Source: an uncultured Gemmatimonadales bacterium (GTDB taxonomy: Bacteria; Gemmatimonadota; Gemmatimonadetes; Longimicrobiales; Longimicrobiaceae). Taken from it: a stretch of DNA of 64,000 bases. The stretch is taken from contig OY970303.1 of assembly GCA_963716255.1 (NCBI GenBank), positions 4,608,001 to 4,672,000 of the forward strand, written 5' to 3'. The stretch's first letter is position 1. The number at the start of each line of letters is the position of its first letter. This document shows, piece by piece, positions 21,393 to 33,543 of the stretch. The notes under the pieces are model-generated. The model was not told where the DNA came from and did no database searches. It was given only the letters and a program-made list of their open reading frames with translations. A program made the translations under genes and the position numbers.

Positions 21393-21423
21393 AGAGCCCG
21401 GCGTGCGTCGCACGCCGGGCTCT
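21393..21423. terminator. Stem-loop between convergent genes
   Basis: AGAGCCCGGCGTGC-gtc-GCACGCCGGGCTCT. Confidence 0.6.
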
Positions 21424-21444
21424 CCTCCGCCGGGTTTCCGGCCG

Positions 21445-22743
21445 CTATGCGCGCTCGTCCAGCAGCCCCTCCACCACTTCCGCCCCCCGCTCCGCCGCGC
21501 CCAGCCCCGCCCGCACGTACTCCCGCGCCCGCTCCCCCGCCGCGCGCCGGAGGTCTCCGTCCGCCAGCAATGCCCGCAGCCGCTGGGCCAGCTCCGCTTC
21601 GTCGGCCACCGACCAGGCGGCGCCCGCCGCGACCAGCTCGCCGGCCTCGCGCGCGTTGGCGTGCCACGGCCCGAAGAGGGCAGGAAGCCCGAACGCCGCC
21701 GGCTCCAGCACGGAGTGCAGCCCCGCCGTCCCCCATCCGCCGCCCACGTAGGCCGCGTCCCCCGCGGCGTACAGGTCGCCCAGCACGCCGACGCGGTCCA
21801 CCAGCACCACGTCCGGGGCCGGCGATCCCGCCTCCACCTCGGAGAGGCGCGCGTGGGGGAGCCCCGCGCCGGCCAGCCGGGCCTCGGAGGCGGCGAGGTG
21901 GGCGGGGGTGGGCTCGTGCGGCACCAGCACCAGCCGCACCGGCCGGCCCGCGTCCATGCACGCGCGCACGGCGGGGACCAGGCGCTCCTCGTCCGCCGGC
22001 CAGGTGGAGCCGGCGACGAGCACGGGGCGGCCGGGGGCGGCGACGGCGCGCAGCAGCGGGGAGCCGCGGTCCACGCCCGCGGCGCGCTGCCACACCTGGT
22101 CGAAGCGCGCGTCGCCCATCACGCTCCGGCGCTCCGCCGGCACCCCCAGCGCGCCGAAGCGCTCGGCGTCCGCCGCGGAGATGGCGGCGACGTGGTCCAG
22201 CCGCCCGTACGCCGGCGCGAGCAGCGCCCGGGCGGCGCCGGACAGGCGGCTGGACGATTCGGGCAGGGTGCCGCTGAGCATCGCCAGTCGCACGCCGTGC
22301 CGCGCGGCCTCGCGCGTGAGCACCGGCCACACGTCCGTCTTGGAAAAGGCGAGCACGTGCGGGCGCAGCGTTTCCAGCGCGCGGCGCACGTCGCCGGGGC
22401 GGTCGTACGGCAGGTAGTCGACGAAGTCGGCGGGGACGCCCATGGCGAAGCGCTCCGCCGAGGGCGAGAAGAAGGTGTACACTACGTGCGCGTCCGGCCG
22501 GCGGGCGCGCAGCGCCTCCACCACGGCGCGGGCCTGGAGCCCCTCCCCCACGCTGGGTGCGTGGAACCACACCAGGTCGCGCGCGGGGTCGCGCTCGGTG
22601 ATCGCCCACGCTTCCATGCGGTCCAGCACGTTGCGCCGCCCGCGCACCCCCTGCGCGAGCTTGCCCTGGCCGCGCGCCAGCAGCGGCAGTGCGGGGGAGG
22701 CGGCGCGCAGCGCCGCGACGTAGAGCGATTCGAGGAGCGACAT
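21445..22743 (-). CDS. waaA: Kdo (3-deoxy-D-manno-octulosonate) transferase
   Basis: WFHAPSVGE, YLPYD, GDARFD, VAGSTW, LVPHEP, AYVGGG..HSVLEPAAFG. Confidence 0.9.
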   Translation of the reverse strand: MSLLESLYVAALRAASPALPLLARGQGKLAQGVRGRRNVLDRMEAWAITERDPARDLVWFHAPSVGEGLQARAVVEALRARRPDAHVVYTFFSPSAERFAMGVPADFVDYLPYDRPGDVRRALETLRPHVLAFSKTDVWPVLTREAARHGVRLAMLSGTLPESSSRLSGAARALLAPAYGRLDHVAAISAADAERFGALGVPAERRSVMGDARFDQVWQRAAGVDRGSPLLRAVAAPGRPVLVAGSTWPADEERLVPAVRACMDAGRPVRLVLVPHEPTPAHLAASEARLAGAGLPHARLSEVEAGSPAPDVVLVDRVGVLGDLYAAGDAAYVGGGWGTAGLHSVLEPAAFGLPALFGPWHANAREAGELVAAGAAWSVADEAELAQRLRALLADGDLRRAAGERAREYVRAGLGAAERGAEVVEGLLDERA

Positions 22744-22784
22744 GCGGAGAAGCTACCCGCCGCGCGGAGGGGACGGAAGCCCGG

Positions 22785-22836
22785 CCCCCACCAGGCGGCC
22801 TGAGAGCCGCCACCCTCCCCCGTGCCGGGGGAGGGG
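22785..22836. repeat. Family C REP-like element
   Basis: ccccaccaggcggcctgagagccgccaccctcccc..ggggagggg; core nearly identical to 61831-61868. Confidence 0.6.
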
Positions 22837-22905
22837 AATCTCCATGCTGACGACCCTCACCCACCGGCGTGTCGTGCTCGCCGTAAACCTGGGGTGCCGT
22901 TGCCG

Positions 22906-23064
22906 TTCCGCAGTACCCCTCGAATCTTCTGCGGAGGGAGACTCGCGCGGTCGTTTGCGCGAGGCTCACGGAGCCGGAGCGGAGACAGCCGGGCGGTTTC
23001 GGCTGGCTCCGCGACCCGCGTAGGAAACAGGCCGGCAGTTTTGGCCTGGTTCCGGAGCGGCCCC
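22906..23064 (-). repeat. Family A repeat copy 3 (inverted)
   Basis: Reverse complement reads GGGGCCGCTCCGGAACC...GGGGTACTGCGGAA. Confidence 0.85.
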
Positions 23065-23157
23065 ACACCCAGAACCCGTGTCCACGGATCCACGGTGACG
23101 GCCCCTGAAATGCAAGCGTCCACAACCCGCTCGTGCCGCTTACGTTGGAGGCTCCAC

Positions 23158-23174
23158 TTCGGTATACTTTCGGC
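23158..23174 (+). promoter_or_regulatory. uvrA -10 box flanked by TTCGG direct repeats (candidate SOS operator)
   Basis: TTCGG-TATACT-TTCGG immediately before ATG. Confidence 0.55.
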
Positions 23175-26042
<2,868 letters not shown>

Positions 26043-26094
26043 GTCCTCCGGGTGGGGGCGGAGCCTCCTGTCTACCGGACGGTCTCCCGGCGCA

Positions 26095-28128
26095 TCACAG
26101 CTCGTTGAGGATGTTGCGCATGACGGCCTGCAGGTGAGCGTCCTGCACCAGGCTTCCGCAGAAGGAGATGGAGCCGGCGCTGAATACCCACCCGCCGTTT
26201 GCCGCGTCGTAGTACGTCATGTCCGCGCCGTAGGCGTGTCCGCCGTCGACGTTGGTGCCGCGCGCCAGCAGCTGCAGGTTGGCGGGCGGCGCGCCGCGGT
26301 CGTCGGCGGCGCTCTGCGCGCCCACGACGCCCCCCGGAGCGGCCGTGCCGGCAATGGACGTGTCCATCTCCCACCCGCTGGCGCCTCCGCCGTTCAGGCC
26401 GGCGCCGCCGATCAGCGCGCCGTTCGTCAGCCCCGTCCCCGCGAAGAAGCGGTGTCCGGCATCCACGACCCGGAACGGGGCGAAGGTCATGTAGTTGTCG
26501 TACCGGTACGCGACGCCCAGCAGGCTCCGCTCCGGGCGTGGCGGGCTGAGGTTTCGAAAGTAGCAGGCGGCCCGGTCCGTGCCGGGGTTCCCGTTGAGCA
26601 GTACCAGCGCAGTGCCGGCGGCGTCGAACGACACCTCTTCGAACATTCCGTTTCCTCCCAGGTACAGCACGTGGCCGCCCCCCTGGATGTAGGCGGCCAG
26701 CCTGTCCATCATGCCCAGCGACCAGTACTCGGGGTGGGTGGTCGCCAGCAGCGCCTTGTAGGCGGCCAGGTCCGGGATCCCATTGTGAAAGTCCAGGTCG
26801 GTGTACACGTCCGCGTGGTATCCCTCGTCCTCCAGCCATGCCAGCATCCAGAGCTCGGCCCGCGTCAGGTGGTTGATCCCGCCGTCGTCCACGGGGCTGG
26901 CCGCGGGGTTGGGACGCTGGAAGCTGAGCCTGGCGCCCGGAGGCGAGCTGTACTTGGAGCGCCCGCCCCAGCCGTTGTAGGCGTTCCAGGTGTTGGTGTT
27001 GGCCAGCACCGCGAAATCGCGCCTGACCTCACCCGGCTTCACCGCGAAGACGATGTGGAACGGGGCGCCGCCCGGGGCCGTGCACTGCGCCGAGTAGAGG
27101 CCGGAGGGCCAGTCCGCGGGGACGGTGAGGGTGAGGGTGGTGACCCATCCGCACCCGTCCTGCCACGCGTTGGCGGGAACGGGCTGCACCATGGCGCCCA
27201 CATCCACCGGGGCGCTCATGGGAATGCCCACGGAGCCGTCCGGCTGCCGCTTGAGGCGCAGCCCGGTGACCTGGAATGCGGTGCTCGACGAAACCTTGAA
27301 CTCCAGGGTCTGTCCCGGCGCCGCGGACAGCGGAGTACAGTACCCTTCCAGCGTCGAAGTGGGCAGCGGCTGGATGAGCCAGCCGCTGCCGATGGTCCGG
27401 CCACTTCCACCGTGGGCCCACGACGCCGTTCCGTTCTGCGCCAGGTCGCGGTAGTACATCAGAAAGCCGTCGGGCGTGATGGCATGGATGATTCCCGTGC
27501 CACCGGAGAATACCTCCGTGAACGTGTGCCAGCCGCTGCCGATCATCTGCCCGGTTCCTCCGAATGCCCACCGGGCCGTGCCGTCGTGCGCAAGGTCGCG
27601 GTAGAAGAGCAGGTCGCCATTCTTCGCGACGGCGTAGATGATCCCGCCTCCGCCGGAAAACACGTGCAGGAAGTCCTGCCACCCGTTCCCGATGCGCTGG
27701 CCAGTCCCGCCGAACGCCCATCTCGCCGTGCCGTCGCGCGCAAGGTCGCGGTAAAAGAGCAGGTCCCCGTTCTTCGCGACTGCGTAGATGATCCCGCCTC
27801 CGCCGGAAAACACGTGCAGGAAGTCCTGCCACCCGTTCCCGATGCGCTGGCCGGTCCCGCCGAACGCCCAGCTCGCGGTGCCGTCGCGGGCCAGGTCGCG
27901 GTAGAAGAGCAGGTCGCCGTTGTGCGCGATGGCGTAGAGGATCCCGTCTCCGCCCGAGAACACGTGCAGGAAGTCCTGCCACCCGGTTCCGATGCGCTGG
28001 CCGGTTCCGCCGAACGCCCAGTTCACCGTGCCGTCGCGGGCAAGGTCGCGGTAGAAGAGCAGGTCCCCGTCCTCGGTGCCCGCGTAGATGACGCCCTGAT
28101 CGTCGCCCGTCACGAACCTGAAGCTCAT
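26095..28128 (-). CDS. Tachylectin-2-like five-repeat propeller fused to a N,N-dimethylformamidase beta-subunit-like domain
   Basis: Five 50-aa repeats (GDLLFYRDLARDGT..W...IG.GW..F..VFSGG.GIIYA) then EGYC..SAAPG, WPSGLY, NTWNAYNGWGG, SFQRP, HPEYWS, VFSAGSI. Confidence 0.8.
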   Translation of the reverse strand: MSFRFVTGDDQGVIYAGTEDGDLLFYRDLARDGTVNWAFGGTGQRIGTGWQDFLHVFSGGDGILYAIAHNGDLLFYRDLARDGTASWAFGGTGQRIGNGWQDFLHVFSGGGGIIYAVAKNGDLLFYRDLARDGTARWAFGGTGQRIGNGWQDFLHVFSGGGGIIYAVAKNGDLLFYRDLAHDGTARWAFGGTGQMIGSGWHTFTEVFSGGTGIIHAITPDGFLMYYRDLAQNGTASWAHGGSGRTIGSGWLIQPLPTSTLEGYCTPLSAAPGQTLEFKVSSSTAFQVTGLRLKRQPDGSVGIPMSAPVDVGAMVQPVPANAWQDGCGWVTTLTLTVPADWPSGLYSAQCTAPGGAPFHIVFAVKPGEVRRDFAVLANTNTWNAYNGWGGRSKYSSPPGARLSFQRPNPAASPVDDGGINHLTRAELWMLAWLEDEGYHADVYTDLDFHNGIPDLAAYKALLATTHPEYWSLGMMDRLAAYIQGGGHVLYLGGNGMFEEVSFDAAGTALVLLNGNPGTDRAACYFRNLSPPRPERSLLGVAYRYDNYMTFAPFRVVDAGHRFFAGTGLTNGALIGGAGLNGGGASGWEMDTSIAGTAAPGGVVGAQSAADDRGAPPANLQLLARGTNVDGGHAYGADMTYYDAANGGWVFSAGSISFCGSLVQDAHLQAVMRNILNEL
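27370..28110 (-). repeat. Intragenic tandem repeat, 5 x 150 bp
   Basis: Equivalent positions at 27451, 27601, 27751, 27901, 28051. Confidence 0.9.
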
Positions 28129-28349
28129 CGGACACCCCGCCGTCGAGAGTGGAATGGAGCGTCGCGTCTGCGAAGCGCCTGTTCGCAGCGACACGTTCCA
28201 GGATATGCCGACGGTGTGAGCGCAGCAATCAAAAACATTCGCCGGGACCGGATCGGCTCCTCGCGCGGGACGCTGCCGGGATCGGCAGTGATCCTCCCGG
28301 AAAACCTCCCCTGGCCGACTCCCCCTCGCCATCCGTTCATTCGACGTAC

Positions 28350-28378
28350 TTGACAGCGTGTTGTATTAATGCTACTAT
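28350..28378 (+). promoter_or_regulatory. Near-consensus sigma70 promoter
   Basis: TTGACA-17nt-TACTAT with extended TG; ATG 7 nt downstream. Confidence 0.8.
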
Positions 28379-28385
28379 CCGCGCC

Positions 28386-28676
28386 ATGAAAGCAAAGGGC
28401 CGCTCGCAGAGCACGCGATCCGGGGACGGGTCCACCATCTACAACCGCATCCCGGTGCTCCGCGCCGAGCGGGGGCAGTCGCGGCAGGACCTGGCGGAGG
28501 CGCTGGGGGTCAACTACCAGACCATCGGCTACCTGGAGCGCGGGGACTACAACCCCAGCCTGGAGCTGGCCTTCCGCATCAGCGAGCACTTCAGCCTCCC
28601 CGTCGAGGCCATCTTCTCCCGCGACCCGTTCCGCCCCTTGAGCGAGGAAGTCTACGGCCGCGCCACCGGCAGCTGA
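28386..28676 (+). CDS. XRE-family HTH transcriptional regulator
   Basis: NRIPVLRAERGQSRQDLAEALGVNYQTIGYLERGDYNPSLELAFRIS. Confidence 0.9.
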   Translation: MKAKGRSQSTRSGDGSTIYNRIPVLRAERGQSRQDLAEALGVNYQTIGYLERGDYNPSLELAFRISEHFSLPVEAIFSRDPFRPLSEEVYGRATGS

Positions 28677-28719
28677 CCCGCGCGACTTGCCTCCACCACC
28701 CGACCCCGTAGAACCACCC

Positions 28720-29430
28720 ATGGCGACTCTGATCGGCGAGGCCGCGAGCCACGTCACCACCCGCACCCGGCGCCGCGTCCTCGTCGCCGTGTCGTACCTG
28801 AGCCTCGCGGCGTCCGTCGCCGCCGTGCGCTCCACCCGCGGGGACAGCGGGACGGTGCTGGGAGGCGCCGCCAGCGTGCTCCTGCTGGCGGCCGTGGCGG
28901 CGTACCTGGTGCTGCTCCACCTGACCCACCACTCGCGCACCAACCCGCCGGCGCTGCTGGACGAGCGCGGGCTGGCCGTGCGCGACCAGGCGTACCGGCG
29001 CGCGTACGGCATGGCGTGCTGGCTGGTGGCCGGGGGGCTGGGGTACGCGTGGGCCGCCGCGCGCTGGGGGTGGGGGTGGATGCCGGCGGACCACCGCGAC
29101 TGGGCGGGCCTGCTGGCGATCGCCTGCTACCTGCTGGTGTCCTTTCCGCCGGCGGTGATCGCCTGGACGGAGCCGGACCACCCGGTGGAGGACGCCGAGG
29201 ACGAGGCGCGGGAGCGCGAGACGCTGCGGGGGGTCCCCCTCCCGCCGCTGCGGCGGCGCCTGATGCTGGGGCTCGCGGCGACGGCGGGAGTGCTGGCGGC
29301 GGCGCAGCTCGCCGGGGCCGGGGTGGTGCCGGACCGCTACGGCGACACCCTGGCGGGCATCGCCACCGGGCTGCTCTTCGGGTCGGCGCTGCTGTGGGGC
29401 TGGCGGCGGCGCGGCGAAAAGAACCCGTAA
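28720..29430 (+). CDS. Multi-pass membrane protein partnered with the XRE regulator
   Basis: About six hydrophobic segments; LDER..RD.AYR.AY motif. Confidence 0.7.
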   Translation: MATLIGEAASHVTTRTRRRVLVAVSYLSLAASVAAVRSTRGDSGTVLGGAASVLLLAAVAAYLVLLHLTHHSRTNPPALLDERGLAVRDQAYRRAYGMACWLVAGGLGYAWAAARWGWGWMPADHRDWAGLLAIACYLLVSFPPAVIAWTEPDHPVEDAEDEARERETLRGVPLPPLRRRLMLGLAATAGVLAAAQLAGAGVVPDRYGDTLAGIATGLLFGSALLWGWRRRGEKNP

Positions 29431-29434
29431 ACTC

Positions 29435-29463
29435 TTGACGGCCCCCGGCCCCGGGGGTAGCCT
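29435..29463 (+). promoter_or_regulatory. Putative sigma70 promoter of the M16 operon
   Basis: TTGACG-17nt-TAGCCT. Confidence 0.5.
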
Positions 29464-29603
29464 TTCCGCCTGCACCACGTCACGGTGTCCGGCCCACCCG
29501 TACGGACCCCGGCCTCCAGGCAAGCCCGGCTCGTGACCCAACGACGTTCCGCGGCGCCGCGGGAGCTTCCGCGCGGCGCACCCTTTTCCCCAGTGGAGGA
29601 GTC

Positions 29604-30971
29604 ATGCTTCAACCCAATCGTACGGGACGGCTGCTCGCCGCCGTGCTCGCTCTCGCGGCGGCGCCCGCGGCCGCGCAGCAGCGGACGTCGGTGGACATCC
29701 CCTTTGAAAAGTACACGCTCGACAACGGGCTCGAAGTCATCCTCGCCCCCGACTCCACGCTTCCCACGGTGGCGGTGGACCTGTGGTACAACGTGTCCAG
29801 CCGCGACGAGCGCCAGGGGCGCACCGGCTTCGCCCACCTCTTCGAGCACATGATGTTCGAGGGGTCGCAGAACGTGGCCCGCGGTGACCACGTCGCCCTG
29901 CTGCGCTCGGCCGGCTCCACGGACCTCAACGGAACCACCAACGAGGACCGCACCAACTACTACCAGGTGGTCCCGCCCAACCGCCTCAACCTGGCGCTGT
30001 GGCTGGAGGCGGACCGCATGCGCTCGCTGAACGTGACGGCCGAGCAGCTCCGCGTGCAGCAGGAGGCGGTCAAGGAGGAGAAGCGGATGCGGATCGACAA
30101 CGTCCCCTACGTCTCCTCCGTGTACCACGCGCGCTACACCGGCCCGTACAGCCCCGAGAGCTGCTTCGCGTACGGGCACACCATCATCGGGAGCATGGAG
30201 GACCTGAGCGCCGCCACGCTGACGGACGTGCAGGACTTCTTCCGCACCTACTACGCGCCCAACAACGTCACCCTGACGCTCGCGGGCGACTTCGACCCGG
30301 CGCAGGCGAAGGAGATGATCCAGGAGTACTTCGGGAGCATCCCCCGCTCGCCGCAGCAGGCCCCCGCGGTGCAGTGCACCGGGGCCTTCACGCGCCTCCC
30401 GGCGCGCGACACCATCCGCGACCCCAACGCGACCCTGCCGGCCTTCCAGGCCGTCTACGGCACAGTGGAGGCCTCGCACGCGGACAGCTACGCCCTGGAG
30501 CTGCTGGGCTCCATCCTGGGCGGCGGCGAGAGCTCGCGCCTGCAGCAGCGGCTGGTGCGCACCGACAAGGTGGCGCAGGCCGCCAGCGCCGGCGCGCAGC
30601 AGCGGCGCGGCCCCGGCCTGTTCGTGGTGTTCGCCATCGCCAACCAGGGAGTGGAGGCCGACCGGCTGGAGAAGCTGGCGGACGAGGAGATCGCCAGGAT
30701 CCGCGACGGCGGGGTCACGGCGGCCGAGCTGGAGCGCGTCAAGAACCAGCTCCGCGCGCGCAACATCCGCGCGCTTCAGACGTCCATCGGACGGGCCGAG
30801 GCGCTGAACCGCTACGAGTTCTTTCTGGGCGACGCCTCGATGATCCGGAACGACCTGGACAAGTACATGGCGGTCACGCGCGAGGACGTGCAGCGCGTCG
30901 CCCGCAGGTACCTGGACCCGCAGAACCGCCTGGTCGTCGTCACCGCCCCCGCCCGCGCCGCGAGCCGCTAA
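29604..30971 (+). CDS. M16 (pitrilysin-like) zinc peptidase, catalytic subunit
   Basis: Signal peptide; GFAHLFEHMMF (HxxEH); NGTTNEDRTNYY; EEKR. Confidence 0.92.
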   Translation: MLQPNRTGRLLAAVLALAAAPAAAQQRTSVDIPFEKYTLDNGLEVILAPDSTLPTVAVDLWYNVSSRDERQGRTGFAHLFEHMMFEGSQNVARGDHVALLRSAGSTDLNGTTNEDRTNYYQVVPPNRLNLALWLEADRMRSLNVTAEQLRVQQEAVKEEKRMRIDNVPYVSSVYHARYTGPYSPESCFAYGHTIIGSMEDLSAATLTDVQDFFRTYYAPNNVTLTLAGDFDPAQAKEMIQEYFGSIPRSPQQAPAVQCTGAFTRLPARDTIRDPNATLPAFQAVYGTVEASHADSYALELLGSILGGGESSRLQQRLVRTDKVAQAASAGAQQRRGPGLFVVFAIANQGVEADRLEKLADEEIARIRDGGVTAAELERVKNQLRARNIRALQTSIGRAEALNRYEFFLGDASMIRNDLDKYMAVTREDVQRVARRYLDPQNRLVVVTAPARAASR

Positions 30972-30981
30972 GGAGCCGACC

Positions 30982-33129
30982 GTGAAGCCATTCAACGCAC
31001 GCCAGTTCGCGCTCGGGGCGCTTGCCGCCCTCGGCGCCTGCTCCACGGCCCCGGCCCCCGCCGCGGCTCCCGCCCCGGCCGCCGTGCCCGCCGACACCGC
31101 GCCCGCGGCGCCCGCCGCCCCGGCGAGGGTGGCCCCGCCCGCGCCCATGGAGGCGCGGCCCATCCGCTTCCCGCAGTACACCGAGACCGCGCTTCCCAAC
31201 GGGCTGCGGCTCCTGGTGGTGGAGAACCACCGCCTCCCGGTCGCCAGCGTGAGCCTGTACGTGGCGTCGGGCGCCGCCAACGACCCGCGCGGCAAGCAGG
31301 GGCTGGCGTCGCTGGCCGCCGACCTGCTGGACAACGGCACCGCCCGCCGCAGCGCCCGGCAGATCGCCGAGACCATCGAGAGCGTCGGGGGCACGCTGAG
31401 CACCGCCGCCGACGGCGACGCCGTGGCGGTGACCTCCGGCGTCCTCGCCGATCAGCTCCCGCTCGCCTTCGACCTGGTGAGCGACGTGGCGCTGCGCCCC
31501 ACCTTCCCCGCGGACGAGCTGGAGACCAGCCGCCGGCAGGTCCTTTCCGGGCTGCAGGTGGCCCTGGGTGACGCCGGGCAGATCGCGCAGCGGCGCCTCG
31601 CCCGCGAGATCTACGGCGCGGACCACCCCTACGGCGTGGCGCCCACCCCGGAAACGGTGCGGGCCGTCACCCGCGCCGACCTGGTGCAGTTCCACCGCGC
31701 CCACTTCACCCCCGGGAACGCGTGGCTGCTGGTATCCGGCGACGTGACCCCGGCGCAGGTGCAGGAGCTGGCCCGCCGCCACTTCGGCGCGTGGCAGGGT
31801 GGCGCCGCCCCCCAGCCCACGCTGACGGCGCCCGCCCTGCGCGAGCGAGCCGGCATCGTGCTGGTGCACCGCCCCGGCTCGGTGCAGTCCAGCATCCGGG
31901 TGGGCCACCCCGGGATCACTCCGGACAACCCGGACTACTACTCGCTCCAGGTGCTGAACGCGATCCTGGGCGGGCTGTCCACCTCGCGGCTGGAGCGGAT
32001 CATCCGCAGCCAGCACGCCTGGACGTACGCCGCCCGCTCGTCGTTCAGCCGGCCGGAGGGGCCCGGGACCTTCGTGGGCTCCACCGAGGTCCGCAACGCG
32101 GTGACGGACAGCGCGCTGGCGGAGATGCTCAGCCAGTTCCGCCGCATCCGCGACGAGCCCGTTTCGCAGGAGGAGCTCGACGCCGCCCGGAACTTCCTGG
32201 TGGGCTCGTTCCCGCTGCGCTTCGAGACCGCGTCCGCCACCGCCGCGCAGATCGCCGCGGTGCGGCTGCTGGGCCTGCCCATCGAGAGCCTGCAGCAGTA
32301 CACGCAGAAGGTGGCCGCCGTCACCCCCGCCGAGGTGCAGCGGGTGGCGCGGCAGTACCTCCACCCCGACCGCGCCACCATCGTGGTGGTGGGCGACGCC
32401 ACGCAGGTGCTGAAGCCGCTGGAGGCGGTGGCCCCCGTGACGCTGGTGGACGTGGAGGGGCGCGCGATGGACCGCTCCGCGCTGGAAGTGCGCGCCTCCA
32501 CCGACCGCTTCGACGGGTCGCGCCTGCGGCCGGCCACGCTCACCTACGCCATCGTCGCCGGGGGGAACACGGTGGGTACGGCCACCACCACGCTGGCCCG
32601 CGACGGGTCGGCCTGGGTCGCCACCCAGACCGTGCAGGCGGGCCCCACCAGCACGCGCACCGAAGCGCGCTTCACCGGCGACTTCACCCCGGTCTCGGGC
32701 AAGACCAGCATGTCCGCGGGCGCCATGGCCATGGAGAGCGACGTCCGCCTGGAGGGCGGGCGGATCCGGGGCAGCGCCAAGCTCCCCGCGCAGATGGGCG
32801 GCGACAAGGCCATCGACTCGGAGGTGGCGGCGGGGACCCGGCTGCCCGGGATGGAGCCCTGGATGCTCGCCGTCTCCGACCTGGCGCCCGGGAAGACCGT
32901 CGGCTTCGGCACCTTCAGCGCGCAGACCGGCGGCGCCACCGCGGTCGCCTTCAAGGTGGTGGGCGAGGAGAAGGTGACCGTGCCCGCGGGCACCTTCGAC
33001 GCCTACAAGGTGGAGCTCACCGGCCCCACGACGGCGACGGTGTGGGTGCGCAAGGAGGCGCCGCACATCACCCTGAAGCAGGCGCCGCAGGGGCAGCCGG
33101 TGACGGTCGAGCTGCAGTCGATCCAGTAG
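30982..33129 (+). CDS. M16 peptidase non-catalytic subunit, lipoprotein with extra C-terminal beta domain
   Basis: LGAC lipobox; LPNGLRLLVVE; no HxxEH; R..H.WTY motif; C-terminal VTVPAGTF. Confidence 0.85.
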   Translation: MKPFNARQFALGALAALGACSTAPAPAAAPAPAAVPADTAPAAPAAPARVAPPAPMEARPIRFPQYTETALPNGLRLLVVENHRLPVASVSLYVASGAANDPRGKQGLASLAADLLDNGTARRSARQIAETIESVGGTLSTAADGDAVAVTSGVLADQLPLAFDLVSDVALRPTFPADELETSRRQVLSGLQVALGDAGQIAQRRLAREIYGADHPYGVAPTPETVRAVTRADLVQFHRAHFTPGNAWLLVSGDVTPAQVQELARRHFGAWQGGAAPQPTLTAPALRERAGIVLVHRPGSVQSSIRVGHPGITPDNPDYYSLQVLNAILGGLSTSRLERIIRSQHAWTYAARSSFSRPEGPGTFVGSTEVRNAVTDSALAEMLSQFRRIRDEPVSQEELDAARNFLVGSFPLRFETASATAAQIAAVRLLGLPIESLQQYTQKVAAVTPAEVQRVARQYLHPDRATIVVVGDATQVLKPLEAVAPVTLVDVEGRAMDRSALEVRASTDRFDGSRLRPATLTYAIVAGGNTVGTATTTLARDGSAWVATQTVQAGPTSTRTEARFTGDFTPVSGKTSMSAGAMAMESDVRLEGGRIRGSAKLPAQMGGDKAIDSEVAAGTRLPGMEPWMLAVSDLAPGKTVGFGTFSAQTGGATAVAFKVVGEEKVTVPAGTFDAYKVELTGPTTATVWVRKEAPHITLKQAPQGQPVTVELQSIQ

Positions 33130-33147
33130 GAGAGTTCCTGGCGTGGC

Positions 33148-33302
33148 GGGGCCGCTCCGGAGCCGGACGATACTGCCGTCCGTCTCCTGCGCGGGCTCCG
33201 GGAGCCCCGGGAAACCGCCCCCGGGTCTCCCTGCGCCGGAGTGAGCCTCGCCCAACAGCCGGCGAGTCTCCCTCCGAACAGATCTTGAGGGGTACTGCGG
33301 AA
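33148..33302 (+). repeat. Family A repeat copy 4
   Basis: Same ends and three hairpin modules. Confidence 0.85.
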
Positions 33303-33307
33303 CCACG

Positions 33308-33348
33308 AACTGCGCCCCCACCGGGATCTCCCGGTGGGGGCGCAGTTG
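33308..33348. terminator. Stem-loop
   Basis: AACTGCGCCCCCACCGGGA-tc-TCCCGGTGGGGGCGCAGTT. Confidence 0.65.
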
Positions 33349-33392
33349 CGTACGTCGTATTCCTGCTGGATCCTGCCGCCGCGCCGGAGCCT

Positions 33393-33527
33393 GCGTGAGG
33401 GATTTCGGCCCGAAGGGGCGAGACCGCGCGGCTGTTTGCGCGGGCTCGACTCCGTTAGCCCGCGTTGTTTGCGGGCTTACGGAGCCGAAGCCCGACCCCG
33501 GCGCCAGCCGGGGGCACGCCCGAACCC
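33393..33527 (+). repeat. Family B repeat copy 2
   Basis: GCGTGAGGGATTTCGGCCCGAAGGGG...GCACGCCCGAACCC. Confidence 0.88.
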
Positions 33528-33543
33528 CGCTCGGATCCGGAAC

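Noticed and set aside
27370..28110. 150-bp repeats as a CRISPR array or DGR template/variable pair
   Set aside because: In-frame coding repeats with no spacers and no reverse transcriptase nearby
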